The translations under genes were made by a program, and so were the position numbers. Under the pieces are notes generated by a model that did not search any database, was not told the DNA's origin, and saw nothing but the letters and a program-made list of their open reading frames with translations. This document shows positions 7,995 to 16,296 of a stretch of DNA of 30,864 nucleotides, piece by piece (the stretch's first letter is position 1; the number at the start of each line of letters is the position of its first letter). This DNA is from a bacterium. GTDB taxonomy: Bacteria; Zhuqueibacterota; Zhuqueibacteria; Oceanimicrobiales; Oceanimicrobiaceae. The stretch lies in contig JBHHXT010000041.1 of assembly GCA_046757165.1 (NCBI GenBank), positions 1 through 30,864 on the forward strand. Reading direction: 5' to 3'.

Positions 7995-9634
7995 GAATGG
8001 CACCAAACTCGAGCCTGCCCATAGACCTCGACCTCAGTCAAATCCTGGCCGCGTTCTTCCTGCTCTACGCCGAAATCCACTACACCTTCAAAGGAATCTA
8101 CAGCCGGCTCAAGCACGACGAGCCGGAGATCATCGCCGACGCGCCACACCGCATCGAACCCGGCAGCGCCCTGCCCATTCTCATTCTGGTCAAAGACGCC
8201 GACCGCTACCCGGTCGATCTTCACCGGGTGCAAATCGAGCTGCGCACGGCGGAGCAGGTCTGCAAGCACACCTTCGATCTCGAGGCGTTGGCCATCGGGC
8301 AAACCCTCTGGCAGCAGATCTTCGAGATTCCTGTCCCTGAATCAGCCACAGGCAAAGCGCAGGTCGACGTGCTCATCGAGATTACCTGCGCCGGCAAGCG
8401 CAAAACCGTGACCATAGACAACTACAGACGCAGCAGTCACGCGCCCCTGGAAGTCGAGCTGTCGCGCCACCCCCTGCCCAAAACCGAAGGCTGGGTTTTT
8501 GGTGAGTTCCACTGCCACACGAGCTACACCAGTGACCAGGTGGAGTTTGGCGCTCCCCTGTCTGCGACATGCACGCTCGCCAAAGCCATCGGCTTGAGTT
8601 TCCTGTGTGCCACGGACCATTCCTACGATCTGGACGACGAGCCCGAAAATTATCTCAAAAAAGACCCTCACCTGCGCAAATGGAAATCGCTTTGGCGCGA
8701 AGCAGAAGCGCTCAACCGCAGCGTCGAGAGCTTCGTGATCGTTCCCGGCGAGGAAGTGTCAGCGGGGAATCACAAAAACCGCAACGTTCATTTCTTGATT
8801 CTCAATAACCCCGAGTTCTTGCCGGGAGATGGAGACGGTGCCGAACACTGGCTGCAGACGCGGCCGACCACGTCGATCGCAGAGGTTCTGGCACGAAGCA
8901 ATTCCAACTCGGCGGCCTTCGCTGCCCACCCCGCCATCCGTCCCCCCTTTTTGCAGCGGTGGCTGGTGCGACGCGGCCGCTGGGAAACGCCAGATTGCTG
9001 CCACGCCAATCTCCACGGTCTGCAGGTCTGGAATGGCTCAGATGACGGGCTGGCGGAGGGTCTGCAAATGTGGGTGGAGCTGCTGCTGACAGGCCGACGC
9101 ATTTTCATCTCCGCCGGCAATGACGCGCACGGCAACTTCAATCGTTTCCGACAAATCGGCTTTCCGTTTCTCACCATGCGGGAGAACCATCACAACGTGT
9201 TTGGCAAAGTGCGCACGGCCGTCTACCTGGAGGAGGCGCTGACGCTCGCTTCGCTGATGAAGGGGGTCAAGCGCGGCAACATGGTGTTGACAAATGGCCC
9301 GTTCCTGGAGCTGAGAATCGAAAACGAACTTGGGGAAACCGCCCATCCTGGAGACGTGATAGGGGGCAAGCAATTCAGGATTGCTGCCAGGTGCCTGTCC
9401 TCGACAGAGTTCGGGCGGCTGACGGAGCTAAAGCTGTTCGAAGGGAGCCTGGACTCGAAAACGGAACGCCTGCTGAAGCGGATGACTTTTCCCGATTCTA
9501 CCTATGACCAGGAGCTCGAGATGGTTAGAAACGGAAAAAATCATCTCTACCTCAGGGCAGAGCTGCGCTCGAAATCCGGCGAAGAGATATTTAACTGCTT
9601 TACCAATCCGATATGGTTGAACGCCAGGGGCTAA
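7991..9634 (+). CDS. PHP-family (CehA/McbA-like) metallohydrolase
   Basis: GEFHCHT, ATDHS, PGEEVS, AAHP and AGNDAHG metal-binding motifs; GTGA overlap with the GT2 stop (alternative start ATG 7997). Confidence 0.8.
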   Translation: MRMAPNSSLPIDLDLSQILAAFFLLYAEIHYTFKGIYSRLKHDEPEIIADAPHRIEPGSALPILILVKDADRYPVDLHRVQIELRTAEQVCKHTFDLEALAIGQTLWQQIFEIPVPESATGKAQVDVLIEITCAGKRKTVTIDNYRRSSHAPLEVELSRHPLPKTEGWVFGEFHCHTSYTSDQVEFGAPLSATCTLAKAIGLSFLCATDHSYDLDDEPENYLKKDPHLRKWKSLWREAEALNRSVESFVIVPGEEVSAGNHKNRNVHFLILNNPEFLPGDGDGAEHWLQTRPTTSIAEVLARSNSNSAAFAAHPAIRPPFLQRWLVRRGRWETPDCCHANLHGLQVWNGSDDGLAEGLQMWVELLLTGRRIFISAGNDAHGNFNRFRQIGFPFLTMRENHHNVFGKVRTAVYLEEALTLASLMKGVKRGNMVLTNGPFLELRIENELGETAHPGDVIGGKQFRIAARCLSSTEFGRLTELKLFEGSLDSKTERLLKRMTFPDSTYDQELEMVRNGKNHLYLRAELRSKSGEEIFNCFTNPIWLNARG

Positions 9635-10122
9635 AATAACTTGATTTTTTTGGCGATTCGCTTCAAGCCCCGTCCAAACCGTTTTGAAACGATCTGCACG
9701 TGGCGCTCTTTGCCCTCCCCGCTACTGACGGTCTCGACGCCGCTGAAATCCTTGAGGGCATTATGCACAATGTAGCGCTCAAAGCTGCCCATGGGGGGTA
9801 AATCTATGGATTCCCCTTTTTGCAGGGACTCTTCCGCTTTTTCCTGTGCGAACTTTTCAATGTTCGCGACCGGATAAACGCACAGCGTGAATCTTTCGCC
9901 ATTGCGATACGTTCGGGTCTCGTACGAGCTGCTATGGTCGAAATGGCGATGAACCAGCTTGCGTTCGAAGGAATTCAAACCATCGAGCGACTCCGGACGG
10001 ATGGAATCCATGAGCCTCTCTTCAATCTCTGCGATCATTTTGCGAATGTTTTTATCGTCGTCCGGCCTGTGATTGGGGCCCCTCCTTCTGCGAACTTCCA
10101 GGTTTCTCTTTTCTTCACTCAT
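9631..10122 (-). CDS. Tandem R3H-domain nucleic-acid-binding protein
   Basis: Two R3H motifs, LNSFERKLVH and PPMGSFERYIVH...SSGEGKERHV; convergent stop overlap with the PHP gene. Confidence 0.8.
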   Translation of the reverse strand: MSEEKRNLEVRRRRGPNHRPDDDKNIRKMIAEIEERLMDSIRPESLDGLNSFERKLVHRHFDHSSSYETRTYRNGERFTLCVYPVANIEKFAQEKAEESLQKGESIDLPPMGSFERYIVHNALKDFSGVETVSSGEGKERHVQIVSKRFGRGLKRIAKKIKLF

Positions 10123-10139
10123 AGCGATCTTCCAGTAAT

Positions 10140-11543
10140 TTATATGACATTTAACAATTTTAGCGGAACCTGGTTGAAATCTCCGTTGCTCATGAACAGC
10201 ACGATATCATCGCGGCGGAGATTGAGTTTGAGATAGTCGACCATTTCTTCATTTGCCGCCAGCACCTGGCACAGGACGCCTTTTTCTTGCAGGCCGGCGC
10301 TCACGTTATCCAACGACAACCGCTCATCGGCGGGCACCTTCTCTTTGGCGTACAGAGGCGTCAGCACCACGCAGTCAGCCTCGGACAGCACCTCGACAAA
10401 TCGGCGCTCGAAAATATTGCGCTTGCTGGTCGCGGTGCGGGGCTCGAACACCGTCCACAAGCGCTGGCCTGGAAAACGACGGCGGAGAGCAGCCATCGTG
10501 GCCTGTATTTCCGTCGGATGGTGGGCGAAATCGTCAAAGATTTGAATCCCGTTTGCTTCTCCCTTGAATTCTAACCGGCGTCTCACACTCTTGAACGTCT
10601 CCAAACCACTTTTTATTTCAGAAACACTCAACCCGAGCGCATGGCCAGCCGCGATGACCGCCAGAGCGTTGCAAACCATATGCTGCCCGTGAAGGGGCAG
10701 CATCATGCTTGCAAACCGCTCTGACTTGTAGATAACGTCGAATCGAGTTCCCCGGCCATCGACGGTGATCTTTTCAGCCCGCCAGTCAGCGTCTTCGATC
10801 AGGCCAAAGGTGACCACCTGTGCAAACGCTTTGGCACTCAGCTTTCGTACCACCGGATCGTCCCAGCAGGAAATCAGGAAGCCGTTGCGTGGAATCAGGT
10901 TGATCATCCGGCCAAAGCTGGTCTCGATGTCCGAGAGACTCTTGAAAATGTCGGCGTGGTCGAATTCGATGTTGTTCAGGATGACCAACTCCGGCAGGTA
11001 GTGCAAAAACTTGGAGCCTTTGTCAAAAAAAGCGGAGTCGTACTCGTCGCCCTCTGAGACAAAGTATTTGCCGCCGCCGGATTTGAATCCGCGTCCAAAG
11101 TTCTCCGGAATCCCCCCGATGAAGAATCCAGGGTCGCGACCGGCGTTCTCGAGCACCCACGCCAGGATGGAGCTCGTCGTCGTTTTCCCATGCGTGCCGG
11201 TCACCACACAAGAATAGTTGCCGCGGATGAAAAACTCCCGTAGAGCAAAAGGAAGGGAAACATAGCGTAGTCTTCGTTCTAAGACGGCCTCCACTTCCGG
11301 GTTGCCCCGGGACATGGAGTTACCGATGACCACCAGGTCAGGCTGTGCGTCCAGGTGGCGCTCGTCAAAACCGGGGTGAACCGGGATACCGTTTTCCTCC
11401 AGAAACGTGCTCATGGGAGGATAGACGTTCTGGTCCGAACCCGACACCTCGAACCCTTTTTCTTTCAACAGCCCGGCGAGCGCCGTCATGCCCGTACCGC
11501 AAATCGCGACCAGATAAACCGTTTTGATGGAATCGCTATTCAT
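10140..11543 (-). CDS. mpl: Murein peptide ligase Mpl (MurC family)
   Basis: ICGTGMTALAG, GTHGKTTTSS, EGDEYDSAFFDK, NNIEFDHADIF, DDFAHHPT, EPR and MSNGDF motifs; start ATG 11543. Confidence 0.9.
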   Translation of the reverse strand: MNSDSIKTVYLVAICGTGMTALAGLLKEKGFEVSGSDQNVYPPMSTFLEENGIPVHPGFDERHLDAQPDLVVIGNSMSRGNPEVEAVLERRLRYVSLPFALREFFIRGNYSCVVTGTHGKTTTSSILAWVLENAGRDPGFFIGGIPENFGRGFKSGGGKYFVSEGDEYDSAFFDKGSKFLHYLPELVILNNIEFDHADIFKSLSDIETSFGRMINLIPRNGFLISCWDDPVVRKLSAKAFAQVVTFGLIEDADWRAEKITVDGRGTRFDVIYKSERFASMMLPLHGQHMVCNALAVIAAGHALGLSVSEIKSGLETFKSVRRRLEFKGEANGIQIFDDFAHHPTEIQATMAALRRRFPGQRLWTVFEPRTATSKRNIFERRFVEVLSEADCVVLTPLYAKEKVPADERLSLDNVSAGLQEKGVLCQVLAANEEMVDYLKLNLRRDDIVLFMSNGDFNQVPLKLLNVI

Positions 11544-12303
11544 GCACGCTATCTCTAGAAAAGGAAACCCGGACCACGCCACCGGTTGTGTCGCATGGCT
11601 GCACACCGTCTGGCCGGACGCGCGGCTCCACCCGGCGGAGCTGGAGGTCAAAACTGTTCTCGGCAAGCCAGACCATGTTCTGTTCAGCGGCCAGGGTGTG
11701 CTCAGTGGTCTTGCGTTTGTCTACGGTCAGGCGTAGCAAGATATTATCCTGAGCTTTGACTTGCAACTGCAGCGGCAAAGCGGTGGTCCCGCTTGCCACG
11801 GATTCCGGTTCCTGCACGGTGATTTGGGCGAGATCAAAATAGTCTTCCTGTTGACTGTAACTCAAACGGTCGACCGGAAAAGCAAAGATTTGCGACCGGT
11901 ATTGGATGTAGACCAGAAGCACGCCGACCAGAAGCACGAAGGAGCCAATCGCCAGCGCGTATTCGACAAAGCTGCGCATGGGCTCCAGGTGGGTGGCAGT
12001 CGCGGGCTTTTCCATTTCGACCGCTGTCTCCCCGGAGACCACCTCGATCTCGTCTTCTGCTTCTTCAGCACTCTTCTCCTGCCGGCCCTGGTAGGCTTGA
12101 ACGATCTCGTTTGAATCAAGCCCGAGGGACTCGGCGTACGTCTTCAGGAACGACTTGACGTACGTCTCAGGCAAAAAGGTGAAATTGTTTTCTTCCAACA
12201 ACCTCAGGTGCTCAATACTCACCCTTGTTTCATCATGAACCTCCTCCAACGACTTCTGGAGCTGCTTGCGCGTCTCCCGCAGCTTCTTTCCAATATCATC
12301 CAT
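11536..12303 (-). CDS. RodZ-like HTH membrane protein
   Basis: IGKKLRETR...LPETYVKSFLKTYAESLGLD HTH, single TM helix, periplasmic beta-rich C-terminus. Confidence 0.8.
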   Translation of the reverse strand: MDDIGKKLRETRKQLQKSLEEVHDETRVSIEHLRLLEENNFTFLPETYVKSFLKTYAESLGLDSNEIVQAYQGRQEKSAEEAEDEIEVVSGETAVEMEKPATATHLEPMRSFVEYALAIGSFVLLVGVLLVYIQYRSQIFAFPVDRLSYSQQEDYFDLAQITVQEPESVASGTTALPLQLQVKAQDNILLRLTVDKRKTTEHTLAAEQNMVWLAENSFDLQLRRVEPRVRPDGVQPCDTTGGVVRVSFSRDSVHE

Positions 12304-12330
12304 CTTGTCACGCCTCGCATCTGGGAAGAG

Positions 12331-12957
12331 TCACTTGTCGCGTGTCACTCCGCATTGTTTCAGTTTGACAAAAGACCGCAATAAGCTGTAAAACTTTGAA
12401 AGTGGAAATCCCATCACATTGTAGAAACAGCCGTTGACCTTGCTGACAAAAAGCGCGCCCTGGTCTTGAATCCCATAACTGCCAGCCTTGTCCAGCGGGC
12501 TTTTCGTTTCGACATATTGCTCGATTTCTGTGTCGGACAGGTTGCGGAAAGTAACATCGGTCTTTTCATAATCGCTAATGGTGCGGCCGCCAGGTTGCGC
12601 GACGATGGCAAGGCCGGTGTACACGGTGTGGGTATAGCCGCTCAATCGGCGCAACATCTCCCTTGCTTGGGCAGGGCTGTCCGGTTTGCCGAGGATTTGA
12701 CTGTCGAGCACCACGATGGTGTCCGCGCCGACTATCAAGCCATCCTTGATAGTTTCGGCAACTTTCCAGGCTTTCTTTTGCGAAAGCTCGAGGACATGGA
12801 CTTCGGGCACGGCGTATGCCTCATTCCGTTCATCGAGCTGGCTGGCTTTTACTTCGAACTCAAAACCGACCAGTTTCAGCAAGCTCGCACGCCGCGGCGA
12901 GCCCGAGGCAAGAATGAGCGGCCTCCCGTTGAGATTTAACAGCGAATTTGGGTTCAC
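12331..12957 (-). CDS. maf: Maf family nucleoside triphosphate pyrophosphatase
   Basis: [30 protein letters not shown] and NVMGFP motifs. Confidence 0.93.
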   Translation of the reverse strand: MNPNSLLNLNGRPLILASGSPRRASLLKLVGFEFEVKASQLDERNEAYAVPEVHVLELSQKKAWKVAETIKDGLIVGADTIVVLDSQILGKPDSPAQAREMLRRLSGYTHTVYTGLAIVAQPGGRTISDYEKTDVTFRNLSDTEIEQYVETKSPLDKAGSYGIQDQGALFVSKVNGCFYNVMGFPLSKFYSLLRSFVKLKQCGVTRDK

Positions 12958-13400
12958 TTGCTTTTGCTTTCCAACATCAATGTCACGGGTCCGGCGTTGT
13001 GTATCTCCACCTCCATGAGAGCGCCAAATACACCAGACTCGACTTTCAGGCCCATTTCCTTCAGGGTTTCGATAAACCGCTCATACAGCGGCTCGGAAAT
13101 CTCCGGCGGGGCTGCGTTGACAAAACTCGGGCGCCTGCCCTTGCGCGCATCACCATAAAGCGTAAACTGCGACACCACCAGCACCTCGCCACGCACGTCC
13201 AGACAAGAAAGATTGAATTTCCCCTCGCCATCGGAAAAAATTCTGAGATTGGCACATTTCTCTGCCAAAAAGCGTACATCCTCTTCCGAATCTCCTGTAC
13301 GAACCCCGAGCAAAACCACCAGGCCTGCTGCGATTTGTCCTTTAAGCTCGCCGTCAACCGAAACCGATCCGCGCGAGACGCGCTGGATTAATGCTCTCAT
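12954..13400 (-). CDS. dtd: D-aminoacyl-tRNA deacylase
   Basis: [26 protein letters not shown] and GPVT motifs. Confidence 0.95.
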   Translation of the reverse strand: MRALIQRVSRGSVSVDGELKGQIAAGLVVLLGVRTGDSEEDVRFLAEKCANLRIFSDGEGKFNLSCLDVRGEVLVVSQFTLYGDARKGRRPSFVNAAPPEISEPLYERFIETLKEMGLKVESGVFGALMEVEIHNAGPVTLMLESKSK

Positions 13401-13406
13401 CAAAAA

Positions 13407-14252
13407 TCAACTGCTTTGGATTCCCAGATAAATCGCAAACAAACCAATAAACATGTCTGCTTTCAACACCAAAGAAATGCGTCTCAGAGACTCAGGGAAG
13501 GGATACAGCCACATCAAACATAAAATGCAAACGATGACGAAATCAATGCCAATCAGTGCCACAATGAAATATGCTTTGCCGTAGATATCAAGACTAAATG
13601 GTAGAATTGTCAAACAGATCAAAAGTGAAAAAACACAGGTGGCAGCGCTCAGGGCGACTCTGGTTCCGAATCGTATGGGAAGGGTTCTTGCCGATCGGGC
13701 CCGGTCTGCCTCCATGTCTTCTATGTCCTTGATAATCTCCCTCCCCAGGTGGAAGAGAAACGCAAAACCAGCCGGAAACAAGGCGTGGTGCCCTTTTCCA
13801 ACCGCAAGGCTGCCATATACAAAAGCCAGCGCTGAGAATAAGCTGACTGCGAGATTCCCTATCAGAACAGTCTGTTTCAAACGAAAACTGTAACCAACCA
13901 GACTGACCGCAATGAACACGGCAAGGAAAAATGAAGCCCAATTAATAAATATACTAAGAAAAATTCCCAAAACAAACAAAATAATCGCAAACTTCAACGC
14001 CGCCTCCCGGTCGAGAAGCGCAGAAGGTAGAGGCCGGAAAGGCTTGTTGATCCGGTCGATGGCGATATCAAAATAGTCATTGATGGCGTTGCCCGCCCCC
14101 ATGATCGCGACGCCGGAGACGCAGGCCAGGACAACTTTGTGCAGCGGCTGGATCGTGCCGGTGATGAATGCGCCCACAAAAATCGTCAACGCCCCCAACA
14201 ACACGTTCACCGGTCGAATCAGTTTGAGATAGACGAGCGCATCAAAATTCAT
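13407..14252 (-). CDS. UbiA-family prenyltransferase, DGGGP synthase-like
   Basis: LIRPVN, GNAINDYFDIAIDRINKPFRPLPS and REIIKDIEDMEADR...TLP motifs typical of geranylgeranylglycerol-phosphate geranylgeranyltransferases. Confidence 0.82.
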   Translation of the reverse strand: MNFDALVYLKLIRPVNVLLGALTIFVGAFITGTIQPLHKVVLACVSGVAIMGAGNAINDYFDIAIDRINKPFRPLPSALLDREAALKFAIILFVLGIFLSIFINWASFFLAVFIAVSLVGYSFRLKQTVLIGNLAVSLFSALAFVYGSLAVGKGHHALFPAGFAFLFHLGREIIKDIEDMEADRARSARTLPIRFGTRVALSAATCVFSLLICLTILPFSLDIYGKAYFIVALIGIDFVIVCILCLMWLYPFPESLRRISLVLKADMFIGLFAIYLGIQSS

Positions 14253-16047
14253 TCGTCAGTCCGATGTGTACTTTACCATCTGAAAAACTATCCCCATCTC
14301 CCAAACCATAGTCGATACCAAAGAAACCCAGACGGGTATCGAGCCGTAGCCCAAACCCATAGCCAACGTTGACCCCGTCCAGGCTGATTTTCCCGCCCGC
14401 GACCCGCTCTTCCCGAAAGAAGTACCCCAGGTCGAAGAATGCGAAAAAGCGCGACTTCGGTCCGAGAATGTATCGATACTCGAAATTTGACCACGCAATG
14501 CGCGAGCCACGGAATTGTTGCTCCCGGTACCCGCGCAAGGTCCTCGTGCCACCCAGCCTGTACTGGTCGGTGATATCGATCACCGCCTCATCGCTGGTGA
14601 CTTCGCGGCCGTGCAGGCCGATGGCAACGACCTGCCAGTGAAACAAGGAAAAATAATTCTCAAAATCAATGGATAATCGCTTTTGGCTGAACGCTTGGGA
14701 AGCGTCCGGCTGGCCTGCTGCCGTGGCCACGGAGTCGACTTGCTTTCGGCTCCATTCAAAACCGGTTTGGTATTTCACACCGCCTCTGGGGTTCAAAGGG
14801 TCGGTTGTGGTATCGAAAGACAACCCCACCGCAAGGTTGAGCGAGCTGCTGGAAGGAATGTTGAATCGCAGCGCCCCGACAGAATCGGGAGCAATGCTTC
14901 TGGTTGAAATGCTGGAGAAGAGGGATAACTTGTCATTGAAGACGAGCTGCATGTCGAGTCCGATTTGCCGCTGGACGTAGCTGGTATCCTGGATAAGCTG
15001 CTCAAAACTAAACCCCGCGTTCAAGGGCAGTCCCGCGACCCGCGGCTCGGTGTAGCCAAAGCGAAACTCCTGCGTTTTTTGCGTCCGGCGCTGCCAGTGC
15101 GCATCGGCGCGGCGGCCGGTGCCGAACAGGTTGCCAAAGCTGACATCCAGCAATCCGGTGACAAACCCATCGCTGGTGGGTGTGGCAGGATTGTAGCCAA
15201 CGACGCCGTCGAACCGGTTGTGACTCCCGTCCGCCAGCTCGATGATCAGTCTCGCAGTTCGGTCATCCACAAGCTCGATTCGCGGCGGATTGACCCACTT
15301 GAAGAATCCCAGTTTCAGCAATTTGGACCGGATTTGGGCGATCTTGCGCTGGTCGTAAAGCTCGCCGGGCTTGACTGCCAGCTCGCGCAGGATGACCCCG
15401 TCCCGGGTCTGCTCATTGCCAGCGATGACGATCTCACCGACGGTCACGACCGGCCCGGGGTCTACGGCCAGCTCGATTTCAAGTCCTTCCCCATCACCCG
15501 GCCCTGCAATCTGCAGACGCTCGATCCGAACCTGGCAATAGGGATGCCCCCTTGCTTCAAAATAGTGCAGAATCAGCTCCACGTCTTCCTCCAGCTTTGC
15601 CGGCGAAAAAATCTTGCCGCTGCGGCTATGAAGCTCTGCCAACAAATTCAAATGGGCGGAATCCAGCCCTGCAACGCTCAGCTCGCTGATCCTGGTTTGC
15701 CCTCCCTCATCCAGAAAGAAAGAGAGCTCCACAAGCGAGGAATCGGAACTATACTGAACCAGAACGGAATCAATCCTGGCAAAGTAGTACCCCGCTTCTT
15801 GCAACCGCTCCAGGACGCGCACGCTTCGCTCCCGCATCAGGCTCTCTGAAAACGGCGAGGCTTTGCGCAGGCTCAGCCAGCTCTTGATGTCATGCTCGCT
15901 GAATTGCTGACTGCCAAATATCTTGATGGCCTTTAGCCTGGCTTTGGGAGCAGGGTTGTCTCCGGACCCGGCTGAGGCCTGGCCCAATCCGCCCAGGAGC
16001 AGAATCAAAGCAGCAATGGTCGCCGAGATTTGTTTCACAGTCTGCAT
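14242..16047 (-). CDS. Omp85/TamA-like outer-membrane protein with about 3 POTRA domains
   Basis: Signal peptide; POTRA motifs (GYYFA, GNEQTRDGVILREL); NLFGTG, LGGTRTLRGY and GYGFGLR; C-terminal Phe. Confidence 0.88.
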   Translation of the reverse strand: MQTVKQISATIAALILLLGGLGQASAGSGDNPAPKARLKAIKIFGSQQFSEHDIKSWLSLRKASPFSESLMRERSVRVLERLQEAGYYFARIDSVLVQYSSDSSLVELSFFLDEGGQTRISELSVAGLDSAHLNLLAELHSRSGKIFSPAKLEEDVELILHYFEARGHPYCQVRIERLQIAGPGDGEGLEIELAVDPGPVVTVGEIVIAGNEQTRDGVILRELAVKPGELYDQRKIAQIRSKLLKLGFFKWVNPPRIELVDDRTARLIIELADGSHNRFDGVVGYNPATPTSDGFVTGLLDVSFGNLFGTGRRADAHWQRRTQKTQEFRFGYTEPRVAGLPLNAGFSFEQLIQDTSYVQRQIGLDMQLVFNDKLSLFSSISTRSIAPDSVGALRFNIPSSSSLNLAVGLSFDTTTDPLNPRGGVKYQTGFEWSRKQVDSVATAAGQPDASQAFSQKRLSIDFENYFSLFHWQVVAIGLHGREVTSDEAVIDITDQYRLGGTRTLRGYREQQFRGSRIAWSNFEYRYILGPKSRFFAFFDLGYFFREERVAGGKISLDGVNVGYGFGLRLDTRLGFFGIDYGLGDGDSFSDGKVHIGLTNEF

Positions 16048-16158
16048 TGGTGAACCTCGATGGTCGTATGGACGAGTCCAATATGGTCGGGGAGCAGACT
16101 TTTGTAATGGTCAGGCGCTTGGTGCCGTGCTATCGACAATTTGTTGTCGATGAATTAT

Positions 16159-16243
16159 TGTCATTTGCCCTGCGGGCGTCATTGAGCAACCACTGACCCA
16201 ATGACGCCCGCAAGGCAAATGACAGCGCGAAGCGCTAAATGAC
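16159..16243. repeat. AATGAC-delimited palindromic element
   Basis: 26-bp inverted repeat with 1 mismatch (16159-16184 / 16199-16224), followed by AGCGC-GAA-GCGCT and a further AAATGAC unit. Confidence 0.8.
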
Positions 16244-16296
16244 TTTTTTTGCTGCGAAGTCTGCGAGAAGAATCAGATTCTTTCTTCTTGTTCCGA

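Noticed and set aside
13400..14000. AT-rich patch suggesting horizontal transfer
   Set aside because: Explained by Phe/Ile/Leu-rich TM codons within a gene tightly coupled to its neighbours
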